Sequence record: NC_028999.1 | Direction: 5' to 3' (one strand) | DNA length: 64,000 nucleotides | Shown: positions 54,153-61,550 of the stretch, piece after piece | How positions within the stretch are numbered: position 1 is the stretch's first letter | Layout of the letters: every line of letters begins with the position of its first letter | The notes under the pieces: generated by a model | What the model saw: only the letters and a program-made list of their open reading frames with translations | Database searches by the model: none | What the model was told of the DNA's origin: nothing | Position numbers and translations under genes: made by a program

Positions 54153-54266
54153 GAATTTGGGCGGCATTTTTATTATACTGAGCTCCCCGCAGTCTCTCAG
54201 TCCCAGGCGGCCAGCTTTGGGCTGCTGACCTTACGCTCGGTGTGACTGTTGTTAACAGTCAGTGTT

Positions 54267-54342
54267 TGGCTCCGGAAACATGATTCGAACATGTGACCCA
54301 CAAGTTAACAGCTTGTTGCTCTACCAGCTGAGCTATTCCGGA
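54267..54342 (-). tRNA. tRNA-Asn(GTT)
   Basis: Canonical 76-nt cloverleaf; ACAAG-CT-GTT-AA-CTTGT; encoded CCA. Confidence 0.97.
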
Positions 54343-54469
54343 AGGAAATTTGACGGTTTGCTTTTTCAGAGTGGGGGAACACCGACAACCCTCTCACCAA
54401 TGCAAGCGTTTGCTCACCTGGCTTTGCGAGGACAGAATCGTTAGCCCAGTGGGCGATTGCATTTCCTCG

Positions 54470-54494
54470 TATACTATTACATACTGAGTAAGTT
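54470..54494 (-). promoter_or_regulatory. Bipartite promoter
   Basis: AACTTACTC-N12-TATACG. Confidence 0.7.
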
Positions 54495-54732
54495 ATTTAT
54501 TTTCATCGCAACGCCAACCGTACACTGTGTAGTTCCCATTATCAGAAACTTTCATGGCGGTAGCTGTGCGTTGAATCTCTACGTTCGGTAGATTCTTGAA
54601 CTTACTGTATTGTATTTCTAGGTGGTTGAGGCATTGGGGCATGGAGTCAAACTGAATGTAGGACTTCTCTACATTAGTAATACCAAACAACCCTACCTTA
54701 GCAACCAGTGCTAACATGGCTACCTTGACCAT
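54493..54732 (-). CDS. Small secreted-type protein
   Basis: Hydrophobic N-terminus; FDSMPQC and a C-terminal Cys. Confidence 0.7.
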   Translation of the reverse strand: MVKVAMLALVAKVGLFGITNVEKSYIQFDSMPQCLNHLEIQYSKFKNLPNVEIQRTATAMKVSDNGNYTVYGWRCDENK

Positions 54733-54739
54733 TGCTATC

Positions 54740-55033
54740 TTATTCCGTGTGCTTCAGATATTTCTCCAAAGCTTCGTGGGCTCGGTTGAAATACACCAGC
54801 GGAACGAACGAAACATTGGTGACTCGATGTTCGTCATGCAGTTCCCACTTGATAGCCTTTACTTGGCCATTGGGGAGAATGATATCAAGACCATTAGGGA
54901 ACAATACAATCCCTTCGTCAATCCTGATATGCTCGGGAGCAGCAGCTCCACCACGAAAAGCCGGGTTGAAAGTCAGGTTGTATAGTTTTTGAATAAGCGG
55001 CGTAATAATCGCCTGTTGCATTTGACTTTCCAT
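54740..55033 (-). CDS. Hypothetical protein
   Basis: TAATG coupling. Confidence 0.75.
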   Translation of the reverse strand: MESQMQQAIITPLIQKLYNLTFNPAFRGGAAAPEHIRIDEGIVLFPNGLDIILPNGQVKAIKWELHDEHRVTNVSFVPLVYFNRAHEALEKYLKHTE

Positions 55034-55380
55034 TATCTTCCCCTATTGTTGTTGTATGGGGTAACGGTTGCAACTATCGACATGCCCTTAAAGAAAGGAT
55101 GATAATCAAACGCAAGAATACCGGTTTCCTGTACCAGCCAGAAGGTAAGCCTGAGTGTATCTCCATTGTCCCCACGAATGGATATCTTACCTTCTGTACG
55201 GCTACGCTTGTCTACGTAACCGACTTGCACTTTGGCAGCGGGATAGATTTGACCGCGACTGTTCATCAACCGAACGTTAGAAATCCCAAACGAGTCGGTG
55301 ATCTCCGGCTGAACATTCAAGTCCTTGTAAATCGGATAATGGTTTTGTGCAATCGGAATCGTTACGTCTTGGTCAATCAT
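55033..55380 (-). CDS. Hypothetical protein
   Basis: AAGGA RBS. Confidence 0.8.
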   Translation of the reverse strand: MIDQDVTIPIAQNHYPIYKDLNVQPEITDSFGISNVRLMNSRGQIYPAAKVQVGYVDKRSRTEGKISIRGDNGDTLRLTFWLVQETGILAFDYHPFFKGMSIVATVTPYNNNRGR

Positions 55381-55500
55381 GCCATGCTTCCTTTAATAAT
55401 GGCTACGGTACCGGACCGAAACCGGTGACTGCTCGCAGTACCCCGCAGCGGATACCCAGTGTTGAATCCAAGGAGTATGCAGAGACTGTCGAGATCTCCA

Positions 55501-55525
55501 CATACCAATTCCCTTTGAGTAACTT
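55501..55525 (-). promoter_or_regulatory. Bipartite promoter
   Basis: AAGTTACTC-N12-TATG. Confidence 0.7.
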
Positions 55526-56032
55526 TTAGCTAAAGCGGATTACGAGGATGTCATTTCCAAAGGTGTCTGCTACCCATTGGTTGAATTCCTTATCAGTAAT
55601 CCCTCGAAGATTTAAATTGTAGGAAGCATTGTCTACAAGTAGATACTTTAGCCGTTTGGAGATATCTGAATTGAAGTCTTTTTGGATCGAGTATTGCTCG
55701 GGGTGACGAATGTACTTACGTAGCCTTTCAGTGATTAGATACGGTAATGTCAAGCCTGGACTCTTAGACTGAATACCCCGTTGAATTTTATCGTCCGTGA
55801 ATACAGCCAGGCATTCCCCTTGATGTCGAGTAGCGAATTCAACGAGTGCACTACTGCTACCACATTGACGACCTACAAAGAACCCTACGGTACGACATTC
55901 GCGAATCAACACGTGTGACGAGATATTACCTCGATGGTATTCCCAACCTTCATTGGTTTTTTGGATCAATGCATCCAGGATGTCCTGGTAATTTACAATA
56001 GTTCTTACGAACCGATTATAGCCATTGGCCAT
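55526..56032 (-). CDS. Hypothetical protein with degenerate P-loop-like motif
   Basis: GFFVGRQCGSSSAL; LLVDNAS. Confidence 0.75.
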   Translation of the reverse strand: MANGYNRFVRTIVNYQDILDALIQKTNEGWEYHRGNISSHVLIRECRTVGFFVGRQCGSSSALVEFATRHQGECLAVFTDDKIQRGIQSKSPGLTLPYLITERLRKYIRHPEQYSIQKDFNSDISKRLKYLLVDNASYNLNLRGITDKEFNQWVADTFGNDILVIRFS

Positions 56033-56055
56033 GATTATCTCCGGTATTACAATGC

Positions 56056-56322
56056 AACATAAAGTCCCGCCCTAGGGCAGGACCTGATGCCGACTTTGGA
56101 AAGGTCTCGTCGTCCCTTCCTCATCTACATGCGAACTTTGTTAGTGGATACAAATAACGAGATTCGCGCGTCTTTAGTCGCCCCAACGACTTCCCACAGT
56201 ACCATTAACTTTCCACTAATCGTCTCTGGTTTTCCGGGTGCTATAAGCATATCAAGTCAATGCAGTCTGCGGGGCTCGGGTGAGAGTGGCACCGCCTCGA
56301 TATGGTAGCAATTAGCTACATA
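56056..56322 (-). ncRNA. Candidate structured RNA (~260 nt)
   Basis: Promoter motif at 56319-56343, terminator at 56056-56091, multiple stems, no ORF with an RBS. Confidence 0.55.
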
Positions 56323-56343
56323 TCATCGCAACGCCAGTATATT
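56319..56343 (-). promoter_or_regulatory. Bipartite promoter
   Basis: AATATACTG-N12-TATG. Confidence 0.65.
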
Positions 56344-56347
56344 TTCA

Positions 56348-56704
56348 CTACCAGCGACTGGCACTGAATGGACGAGGATATTCAAGGCCAGCAATATCTT
56401 TACCGTTAACCACGACTACCCATTGATTCATGGTGGCGGTCTCACGGTAAACGATTGTTGGTTTAATCTCTTCACGAGTATACGTGGTTGCATACCATTC
56501 ACGCCAAACATCAATCAGACGGGCTTCCATGATTTCACGTAGTTGAGCCATGTTCCAGGTGCTATTTCCCGCTAGATCAGCCACTACCTCGCGAAGTCCA
56601 TCTAGGTATTTCTCATTTACATGGGGTTCGCCCCGGTTAGCCAATAGCTTCTCGTTGTTTGCATCCCGATCTGCTTGACTTATGAATATACGATTCGTAG
56701 TCAT
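56348..56704 (-). CDS. Hypothetical protein
   Basis: ATGA overlap. Confidence 0.8.
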   Translation of the reverse strand: MTTNRIFISQADRDANNEKLLANRGEPHVNEKYLDGLREVVADLAGNSTWNMAQLREIMEARLIDVWREWYATTYTREEIKPTIVYRETATMNQWVVVVNGKDIAGLEYPRPFSASRW

Positions 56705-57171
56705 TTTCTCAGTCCCTCAATCTCAGCACGTAAAAATGAACTAATCATACCTGCTGCTTTTCGAGTGGGCGAATCAAACATTTTGTCATTCCCGGCTACT
56801 GAGTCAGTAACTTTCTGAGCTAGTATCAGTCCAGGGATATAAGCACGATTACCATGAGTTGCGATGCGTGGTTGATCACGATAATACTCAACGTGATGAT
56901 AGCCACTAGGATGCACTACGATAACTTTGATGCTATCTCGTTCCCTAGTAATTTCGATCTTGAAATCGGACAATCCATCTTCAATCAAAGCAATCGTCAG
57001 CTTGCATTCCAGGACCTGGAAGAGTAGCTTGTCTGTGAGATGCGGTTGATTCTGAATCGTAATGGGCGCATTGAAATACAGCAAATCCCTGATACGGGCA
57101 CCGAATACTTTCTGTTCAGTGGTATCCAGATCTCTTTGCAGTTGTTCTTCGTTGTTTTGGCTCATTACCAT
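56701..57171 (-). CDS. Hypothetical protein
   Basis: AAGGA RBS. Confidence 0.8.
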   Translation of the reverse strand: MVMSQNNEEQLQRDLDTTEQKVFGARIRDLLYFNAPITIQNQPHLTDKLLFQVLECKLTIALIEDGLSDFKIEITRERDSIKVIVVHPSGYHHVEYYRDQPRIATHGNRAYIPGLILAQKVTDSVAGNDKMFDSPTRKAAGMISSFLRAEIEGLRK

Positions 57172-57300
57172 TGTCCTTTGTCTCTATGAATTTTGTCGTA
57201 TTTGATATAATAGTCTCTACCGCAGTGGGCACACCACTTGTAAAGACGGCCGCCTTGACATTGATTTCCAACTAGCTTGTGGCCCAATAGCCAGCACAGT

Positions 57301-57528
57301 TTACACCGTATTGAGTAGAGCTTCGACACGTTGCGTCCCCTGGCAAACCAGAACTGGTACTTCGATACCTTTCTCCTCGCAGTATTTTACGAGATCTTCA
57401 TGTGCCTTTCGCCACTGCTCCAGCAGCTGCCGATTCCGAATGCGATTAGCTTCCTTTTCTTCGGGAGTCAGTTCTGTTATATTACGAACACTGAGCTTGG
57501 GGATGGGATGGTATTCAGCAGATTTCAT
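57301..57528 (-). CDS. Hypothetical protein
   Basis: GGAG RBS; promoter motif at 57548-57573. Confidence 0.75.
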   Translation of the reverse strand: MKSAEYHPIPKLSVRNITELTPEEKEANRIRNRQLLEQWRKAHEDLVKYCEEKGIEVPVLVCQGTQRVEALLNTV

Positions 57529-57547
57529 ATTGGATCTCCGTTTTCTC

Positions 57548-57573
57548 TATAATGGAAAGGAAGCCAGTATATT
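57548..57573 (-). promoter_or_regulatory. Bipartite promoter
   Basis: AATATACTG-N13-TATA. Confidence 0.55.
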
Positions 57574-57590
57574 CTAAATATCTAGAGGCC

Positions 57591-57598
57591 TATATTAC
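57591..57598 (+). promoter_or_regulatory. Early promoter box
   Basis: AGAGGCC-TATATTAC-AA. Confidence 0.8.
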
Positions 57599-57649
57599 AA
57601 TTGTGATATCCAGAAGAGATATCATTCAATAACCTAAGAGGAAACTACA

Positions 57650-57844
57650 ATGAACGACAACATCATCGATTTCGAAGCTTACCGTAACAAGAACAACGGT
57701 AAGCGCAAGATGAAGAAGATCAAGAACGGCGTGTTCAAAGCCATCGACGAAACGCTGGATGATCGGGTCATAGAAAAAGTCCGTGACGTTACTATCTGCG
57801 CGGCTGTGGTTGGTATCGTCTGGTATTGCCTCACCCGTGATTGA
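57650..57844 (+). CDS. Early protein with C-terminal TM
   Basis: GAGGA RBS; own promoter and terminator. Confidence 0.85.
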   Translation: MNDNIIDFEAYRNKNNGKRKMKKIKNGVFKAIDETLDDRVIEKVRDVTICAAVVGIVWYCLTRD

Positions 57845-57850
57845 TTATTA

Positions 57851-57890
57851 GGGAGCCCTTCGGGGCTCCCTTCTATATCTTTTTTCTTTT
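57851..57890 (+). terminator. Intrinsic terminator
   Basis: GGGAGCCC-TTCG-GGGCTCCC followed by a T tract. Confidence 0.9.
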
Positions 57891-57900
57891 TGTCTGATAC

Positions 57901-57938
57901 GACATAAAGGAAGTAGCCACCGCTACTTCCTTTATTTA
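57901..57938 (-). terminator. Terminator after tRNA-Leu
   Basis: ATAAAGGAAGTAGC-GGTG-GCTACTTCCTTTAT-GTC. Confidence 0.85.
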
Positions 57939-57940
57939 AT

Positions 57941-58025
57941 TGGTACCCGAAGTGGGACTCGAACCCACACGTCACAAGGACAACTGATTTTAAGTCAGCA
58001 GCGGCTGCCTTTACGCCATTCGGGC
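57941..58025 (-). tRNA. tRNA-Leu(TAA)
   Basis: GCCCGAA acceptor, GCTGA-CT-TAA-AA-TCAGT, variable arm, GTGGG-TTCGAGT-CCCAC, ACCA. Confidence 0.95.
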
Positions 58026-58170
58026 ATATAGAGAACAGACGACAAGGCCATGTTGTAGCTTTCGCTAGTTATACGTATCTCATTCCCTAGGGAAGTGCCT
58101 AACGGCTTCTTTCGTACAACATTCATGGCTTTACAGACGTTGCTCAGCCCTCGTGAGCTGTTCTCTACAT
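58026..58170 (-). ncRNA. Stem-closed multi-branched RNA upstream of tRNA-Leu (~145 nt)
   Basis: 13-bp terminal stem with a G.U pair on the - strand; GCCATG/CATGGC; TAGC-GAAA-GCTA; GCC-GTTA-GGC; TTCCC-TA-GGGAA. Confidence 0.65.
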
Positions 58171-58193
58171 ATTAGATAACACTTGAGTATTAT
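58168..58193 (-). promoter_or_regulatory. Bipartite promoter
   Basis: ATAATACTC-N13-TATG. Confidence 0.65.
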
Positions 58194-58660
58194 CTTGGTC
58201 GCGGTCGATTCCCTGGACTCTGGCGATGAATCACCCGAGCAGGCATGTTAGGTACTTCGACAGCAGGCTTAAATAAGATCTTTGCAATCATGCGATCGAT
58301 TGCATCTTTCTGATCTTGAATAAACTCAAAGTGTTCTTCTGGTGGATCAGAGAACTTAGTGCGTGACTTACTTTGCCACTCTTCGTCTTTGGGATGGATA
58401 TATCCACCAATGACTCCGAATCGCAAGAAGTTGTCTGCTATGCCCAGACCTGGTTGACTTTCAAAACAGACCACTCGATCTGCACCACGTGAATGGCCGA
58501 TATAGAAGTCTGCTTGTGGTGGGCAAGTATCAGGCTTGCCCTTATCCATGATTACTTCTACACCTCGTTGGGTGAGGTAATCAACAATCGCAGCGTAGTA
58601 AGCCCGAGCTACATCGTTATTGATGAACAGGGGATTACCGGTGATTAGAACGGCCTTCAT
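58190..58660 (-). CDS. Minimal alpha/beta-hydrolase-like protein
   Basis: FYIGHSRGA nucleophile elbow (GxSxG). Confidence 0.65.
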   Translation of the reverse strand: MKAVLITGNPLFINNDVARAYYAAIVDYLTQRGVEVIMDKGKPDTCPPQADFYIGHSRGADRVVCFESQPGLGIADNFLRFGVIGGYIHPKDEEWQSKSRTKFSDPPEEHFEFIQDQKDAIDRMIAKILFKPAVEVPNMPARVIHRQSPGNRPRPR

Positions 58661-58690
58661 GGCGAAGCCTCCGAGTGAATCTCATAAGAT

Positions 58691-58912
58691 TCAGGCTTCG
58701 ATAGGCTCAACTACACGACGATGTTGTACAGTACCCCTGTCTGTAACTACCGTGATGGTGTTCTGGTTGTCAATAGCTACTACCTTCACCCCTTTAATAG
58801 TGGTGTGAATAGCTGCTGCCATCTCCGCTTTGGAGTAACGCCAATTGGCCATCAGGATTGCCGATACCTGGGTTTGAAGTTGTTTCAGTTCATTGATGTT
58901 TACAGACTGCAT
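58691..58912 (-). CDS. Hypothetical protein
   Basis: AAGGA RBS. Confidence 0.8.
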   Translation of the reverse strand: MQSVNINELKQLQTQVSAILMANWRYSKAEMAAAIHTTIKGVKVVAIDNQNTITVVTDRGTVQHRRVVEPIEA

Positions 58913-58965
58913 GGTTGTTTCCTTTTAGAGGGGATTTCATGAGATTAAACGTATCAGTAAAATAC

Positions 58966-59002
58966 AACATAAAGCCCCTCCCGAAGGAGGGGCTGTTATG
59001 CC
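58966..59002 (-). terminator. GGCATAA-hairpin-TTTATGTT element
   Basis: AGCCCCTCC-TTCG-GGAGGGGCT on the - strand. Confidence 0.85.
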
Positions 59003-59126
59003 AACCATCAACACAACAAGGAGAATCCCTCGACAGTGAGTCTTGCTCACTAGAAGCCACTTGGAAGGGTTAGTGGCTCCGGCGCGCCGAGTGTAGGAGA
59101 ACGAGGAGTAGGCATTCTTCTACATA
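58966..59126 (-). ncRNA. Candidate sRNA (~160 nt) with three CUCCU motifs
   Basis: Promoter at 59123-59147 and terminator at 58966-59002; hairpins AGCCACT/AGTGGCT and AGTGAG/CTCACT. Confidence 0.55.
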
Positions 59127-59147
59127 ACATTACATATTGAGTAACTT
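59123..59147 (-). promoter_or_regulatory. Bipartite promoter
   Basis: AAGTTACTC-N12-TATG. Confidence 0.7.
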
Positions 59148-59847
59148 AATTATTAATCAGTTTCTCGATACGTTCTGCAATATCGGTCTCTCCAATATTA
59201 CTGGAGAAGTCTTCCAGCCCAACATTCACACCATCGATCATGCGGACTCCAATGCGGAGAGCTTGTTTAGCATCATCCTTAAGTCCATCCTGACCGGCTT
59301 GCTTTAATGATGTCTGATATCGTTTTAGAGTTTGAACGTCTGTACTCTCAAAACTCAGATGTATATAAAGAGTTATGGGTTTATCGACGTATGATTCCAT
59401 TCCTGGACGGACCATGACCTGACCTTTGACCAACTTGGCAGCGTAATCACCTTTAATCGTTTTGTTGATGTAGCTGTTCAACCCACGTCCTATTTGTGCC
59501 AGTTCAATCATGTTGGCCAGGTAGATTGGAGGCAATGATTTGATCGAGTACAGATAAAATGAGTTATCACCAAATGCAACAAGAATCCATTGACCCTGTA
59601 CGAATTTATAACTCTGGACATTGGATTTTCCTGATAGATTCATGTAAGGAATCATTCCACCTAAGCTATTCAGAATCGCTGAGGCATTCTGAATCACAGG
59701 CGTAGGACTGGGTTGCTCATCTGGGTCCACGTCAGCACCAGATCCATCGGCAACCTGATCAAAGAAATCCTCGATGTAATCCATCAAGTTGAATTCTTCT
59801 TCAATAGAGATATTGGTTTTCATGAGCTCTACCAAAATGTTTGACAT
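59146..59847 (-). CDS. Hypothetical protein, possibly a head protein with propeptide
   Basis: Acidic N-terminus with S-I-E, like the S/A/G-x-E phiKZ head-protease sites (inference). Confidence 0.75.
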   Translation of the reverse strand: MSNILVELMKTNISIEEEFNLMDYIEDFFDQVADGSGADVDPDEQPSPTPVIQNASAILNSLGGMIPYMNLSGKSNVQSYKFVQGQWILVAFGDNSFYLYSIKSLPPIYLANMIELAQIGRGLNSYINKTIKGDYAAKLVKGQVMVRPGMESYVDKPITLYIHLSFESTDVQTLKRYQTSLKQAGQDGLKDDAKQALRIGVRMIDGVNVGLEDFSSNIGETDIAERIEKLINN

Positions 59848-59856
59848 AGAATTAAC

Positions 59857-59891
59857 GGCATACAGCCCTCCCTTCGGGGAGGGCTGTATAC
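59857..59891. terminator. GGCATA-hairpin element
   Basis: TACAGCCCTCCC-TTCG-GGGAGGGCTGTA. Confidence 0.85.
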
Positions 59892-59894
59892 TTA

Positions 59895-60317
59895 CTACTT
59901 CAGGATCTTGGTCTGACCCGAACTCATCTTAAGGATCGTAACCTCAGCTCCTACACGTGGTTCGCTATTGCTAATGGCTTCTACGAGTTGCTTGGAGCCA
60001 TCAACATCAACAACCATGTTGCAGGTATAGGTCTTCACGGACGAGACATCATTTCCAATGGCGCTTCCGATAGCTGCGCCTGCCAGTCCGCCGATCCATC
60101 CCCCAGATTTGCCGAACAGTGCTTTTTCAACAACTGCACCACCGACACCCCCAGCCGTCCCCCCGACGGCAGTCCCTACTACAGAAGTATCTTTCGCTAC
60201 CAGAGTACAATCACTCCTGCGAACGACACCTGTGGATTCTGATACGATCTCATCTGCATGGACCGTAGTACTGCCCAACATCAGAATCAGGGCAATCGCT
60301 TTAAAGTTCGAATTCAT
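59895..60317 (-). CDS. Glycine-zipper (SlyB/YcfJ-like) secreted protein
   Basis: Signal peptide MNSNFKAIALILMLGSTTVHA; GTAVGGTAGGVGG...GGLAGAAIGSAIG; start trimmed. Confidence 0.8.
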   Translation of the reverse strand: MNSNFKAIALILMLGSTTVHADEIVSESTGVVRRSDCTLVAKDTSVVGTAVGGTAGGVGGAVVEKALFGKSGGWIGGLAGAAIGSAIGNDVSSVKTYTCNMVVDVDGSKQLVEAISNSEPRVGAEVTILKMSSGQTKILK

Positions 60318-61446
60318 CCAGTTCGCCCTTATCATCCATGAGGTTGACCATATAATCGCCCTTCTTCTCTTCCTGAGCGCTACCTTGGTTAGCACCCATG
60401 TCCAGCCATTCAGCCATGTAGGGGAGCGGGTTCTTGGATGGCCATGCGAAACCATAACCTGCCAGGTCTTCAAACTCTTTACTGTAACGAACAGCTACGT
60501 CTTCTTGGATATTCAGGAAGGTGGCAGCAGCGTTACCGTTGAACAGAACCCAGTTGATGAGTTTCTGTGCATTCATGCCGGTCAGTTCACGACCTTCAGA
60601 GAACAGGTATTGAACCCAGGTAACTTCCGTACGGATGATTTCCCACAGTAGTTCCACGATCTGGTCATGGCACTGGCTGTAGGCAGTCATGCCACGTTCG
60701 GTTTTCAGCAGAGCCTTGATGACTTCTTGGCCGAACTGTGCATGAATCTCGAATTCGTCTTGAGCAATCTTCTTCACGGCATTCGCAATGGGCTGGAATT
60801 GACCAGTCTTACCAATAGCGAAAGTCACAGCGAACGACGCCAGGAACTGAATACGCTCCAGGAAGTACAGTGCAATGAAGAACATGAAGATCTTGTTGTA
60901 GAGTTCTTGGTTGTTCTCTACTTGACCCAGGGAGTAACGGTGCGACCAGTCGTGGGCTTCACCCATGACCTTAGCAACTGCCACCATGCGCTCTTGTGCT
61001 TCTTCTACGCGAAGGATCTCATCGAGGATCGCTGACGGGTTGCTGAAGCTGTTACGCACGATCTCCGAGTACGTCAGAGCGTGTACGTTTTCATTGTCAT
61101 TGATACGAACGTAACCCGACCAAACACGAGAATCGGACATGACCGGAGCCAAGATGTTCACAATCGAACGGCTGGCCACAGAGTCAGCTTCCCACTGCCA
61201 GGCTAGCGTCTTGATCATCATGTCGTAAGTGGACCGATCACAGGTCTCGAACTCCACCAGGCAGTCGCCATAGGGGAATTCGTTCTCATCCCAGTCCAGC
61301 ATCTTCAGACGCTTGTACAGGCCCCACAGCACCGGGTAATGATTGTGGATAGTATCCAGCAGCCCCGGTTCTTGACCCAGAATGATTTCCGGGACGGCGT
61401 AGTCGTCTTTCTTGGTGTTAAAAATCTTGCGATGAAGCTCGGCCAT
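60301..61446 (-). CDS. nrdB: Ribonucleotide reductase class Ia beta subunit
   Basis: WEADSVA, ENVHALTY (radical Tyr), LERIQF and DEFEIH di-iron ligands. Confidence 0.95.
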   Translation of the reverse strand: MAELHRKIFNTKKDDYAVPEIILGQEPGLLDTIHNHYPVLWGLYKRLKMLDWDENEFPYGDCLVEFETCDRSTYDMMIKTLAWQWEADSVASRSIVNILAPVMSDSRVWSGYVRINDNENVHALTYSEIVRNSFSNPSAILDEILRVEEAQERMVAVAKVMGEAHDWSHRYSLGQVENNQELYNKIFMFFIALYFLERIQFLASFAVTFAIGKTGQFQPIANAVKKIAQDEFEIHAQFGQEVIKALLKTERGMTAYSQCHDQIVELLWEIIRTEVTWVQYLFSEGRELTGMNAQKLINWVLFNGNAAATFLNIQEDVAVRYSKEFEDLAGYGFAWPSKNPLPYMAEWLDMGANQGSAQEEKKGDYMVNLMDDKGELDEFEL

Positions 61447-61512
61447 TTTGAAACGTCCTAATTGGTCTTAATATTTCTCACACTAGATAACCATCTAGAG
61501 TAATTTATCTTG

Positions 61513-61550
61513 GGCATAAAGCCCCAGCTTTCAAACTGGGGCAGTATGTC
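61513..61550 (-). terminator. GGCATAAA-hairpin-TATGTC element after nrdA
   Basis: GCCCCAG-CTTTCAAA-CTGGGGC. Confidence 0.8.

Noticed and set aside
54160-54262. HDV-like/theta ribozyme after tRNA-Asn
   Set aside because: No P1/P2 pseudoknot, P1.1 or catalytic-C strand could be placed.
59003-59115. RsmY/Z-like GGA sponge on the + strand
   Set aside because: Only one ANGGA motif, the GGAs are not in hairpin loops, and the promoter motif supports the - strand.
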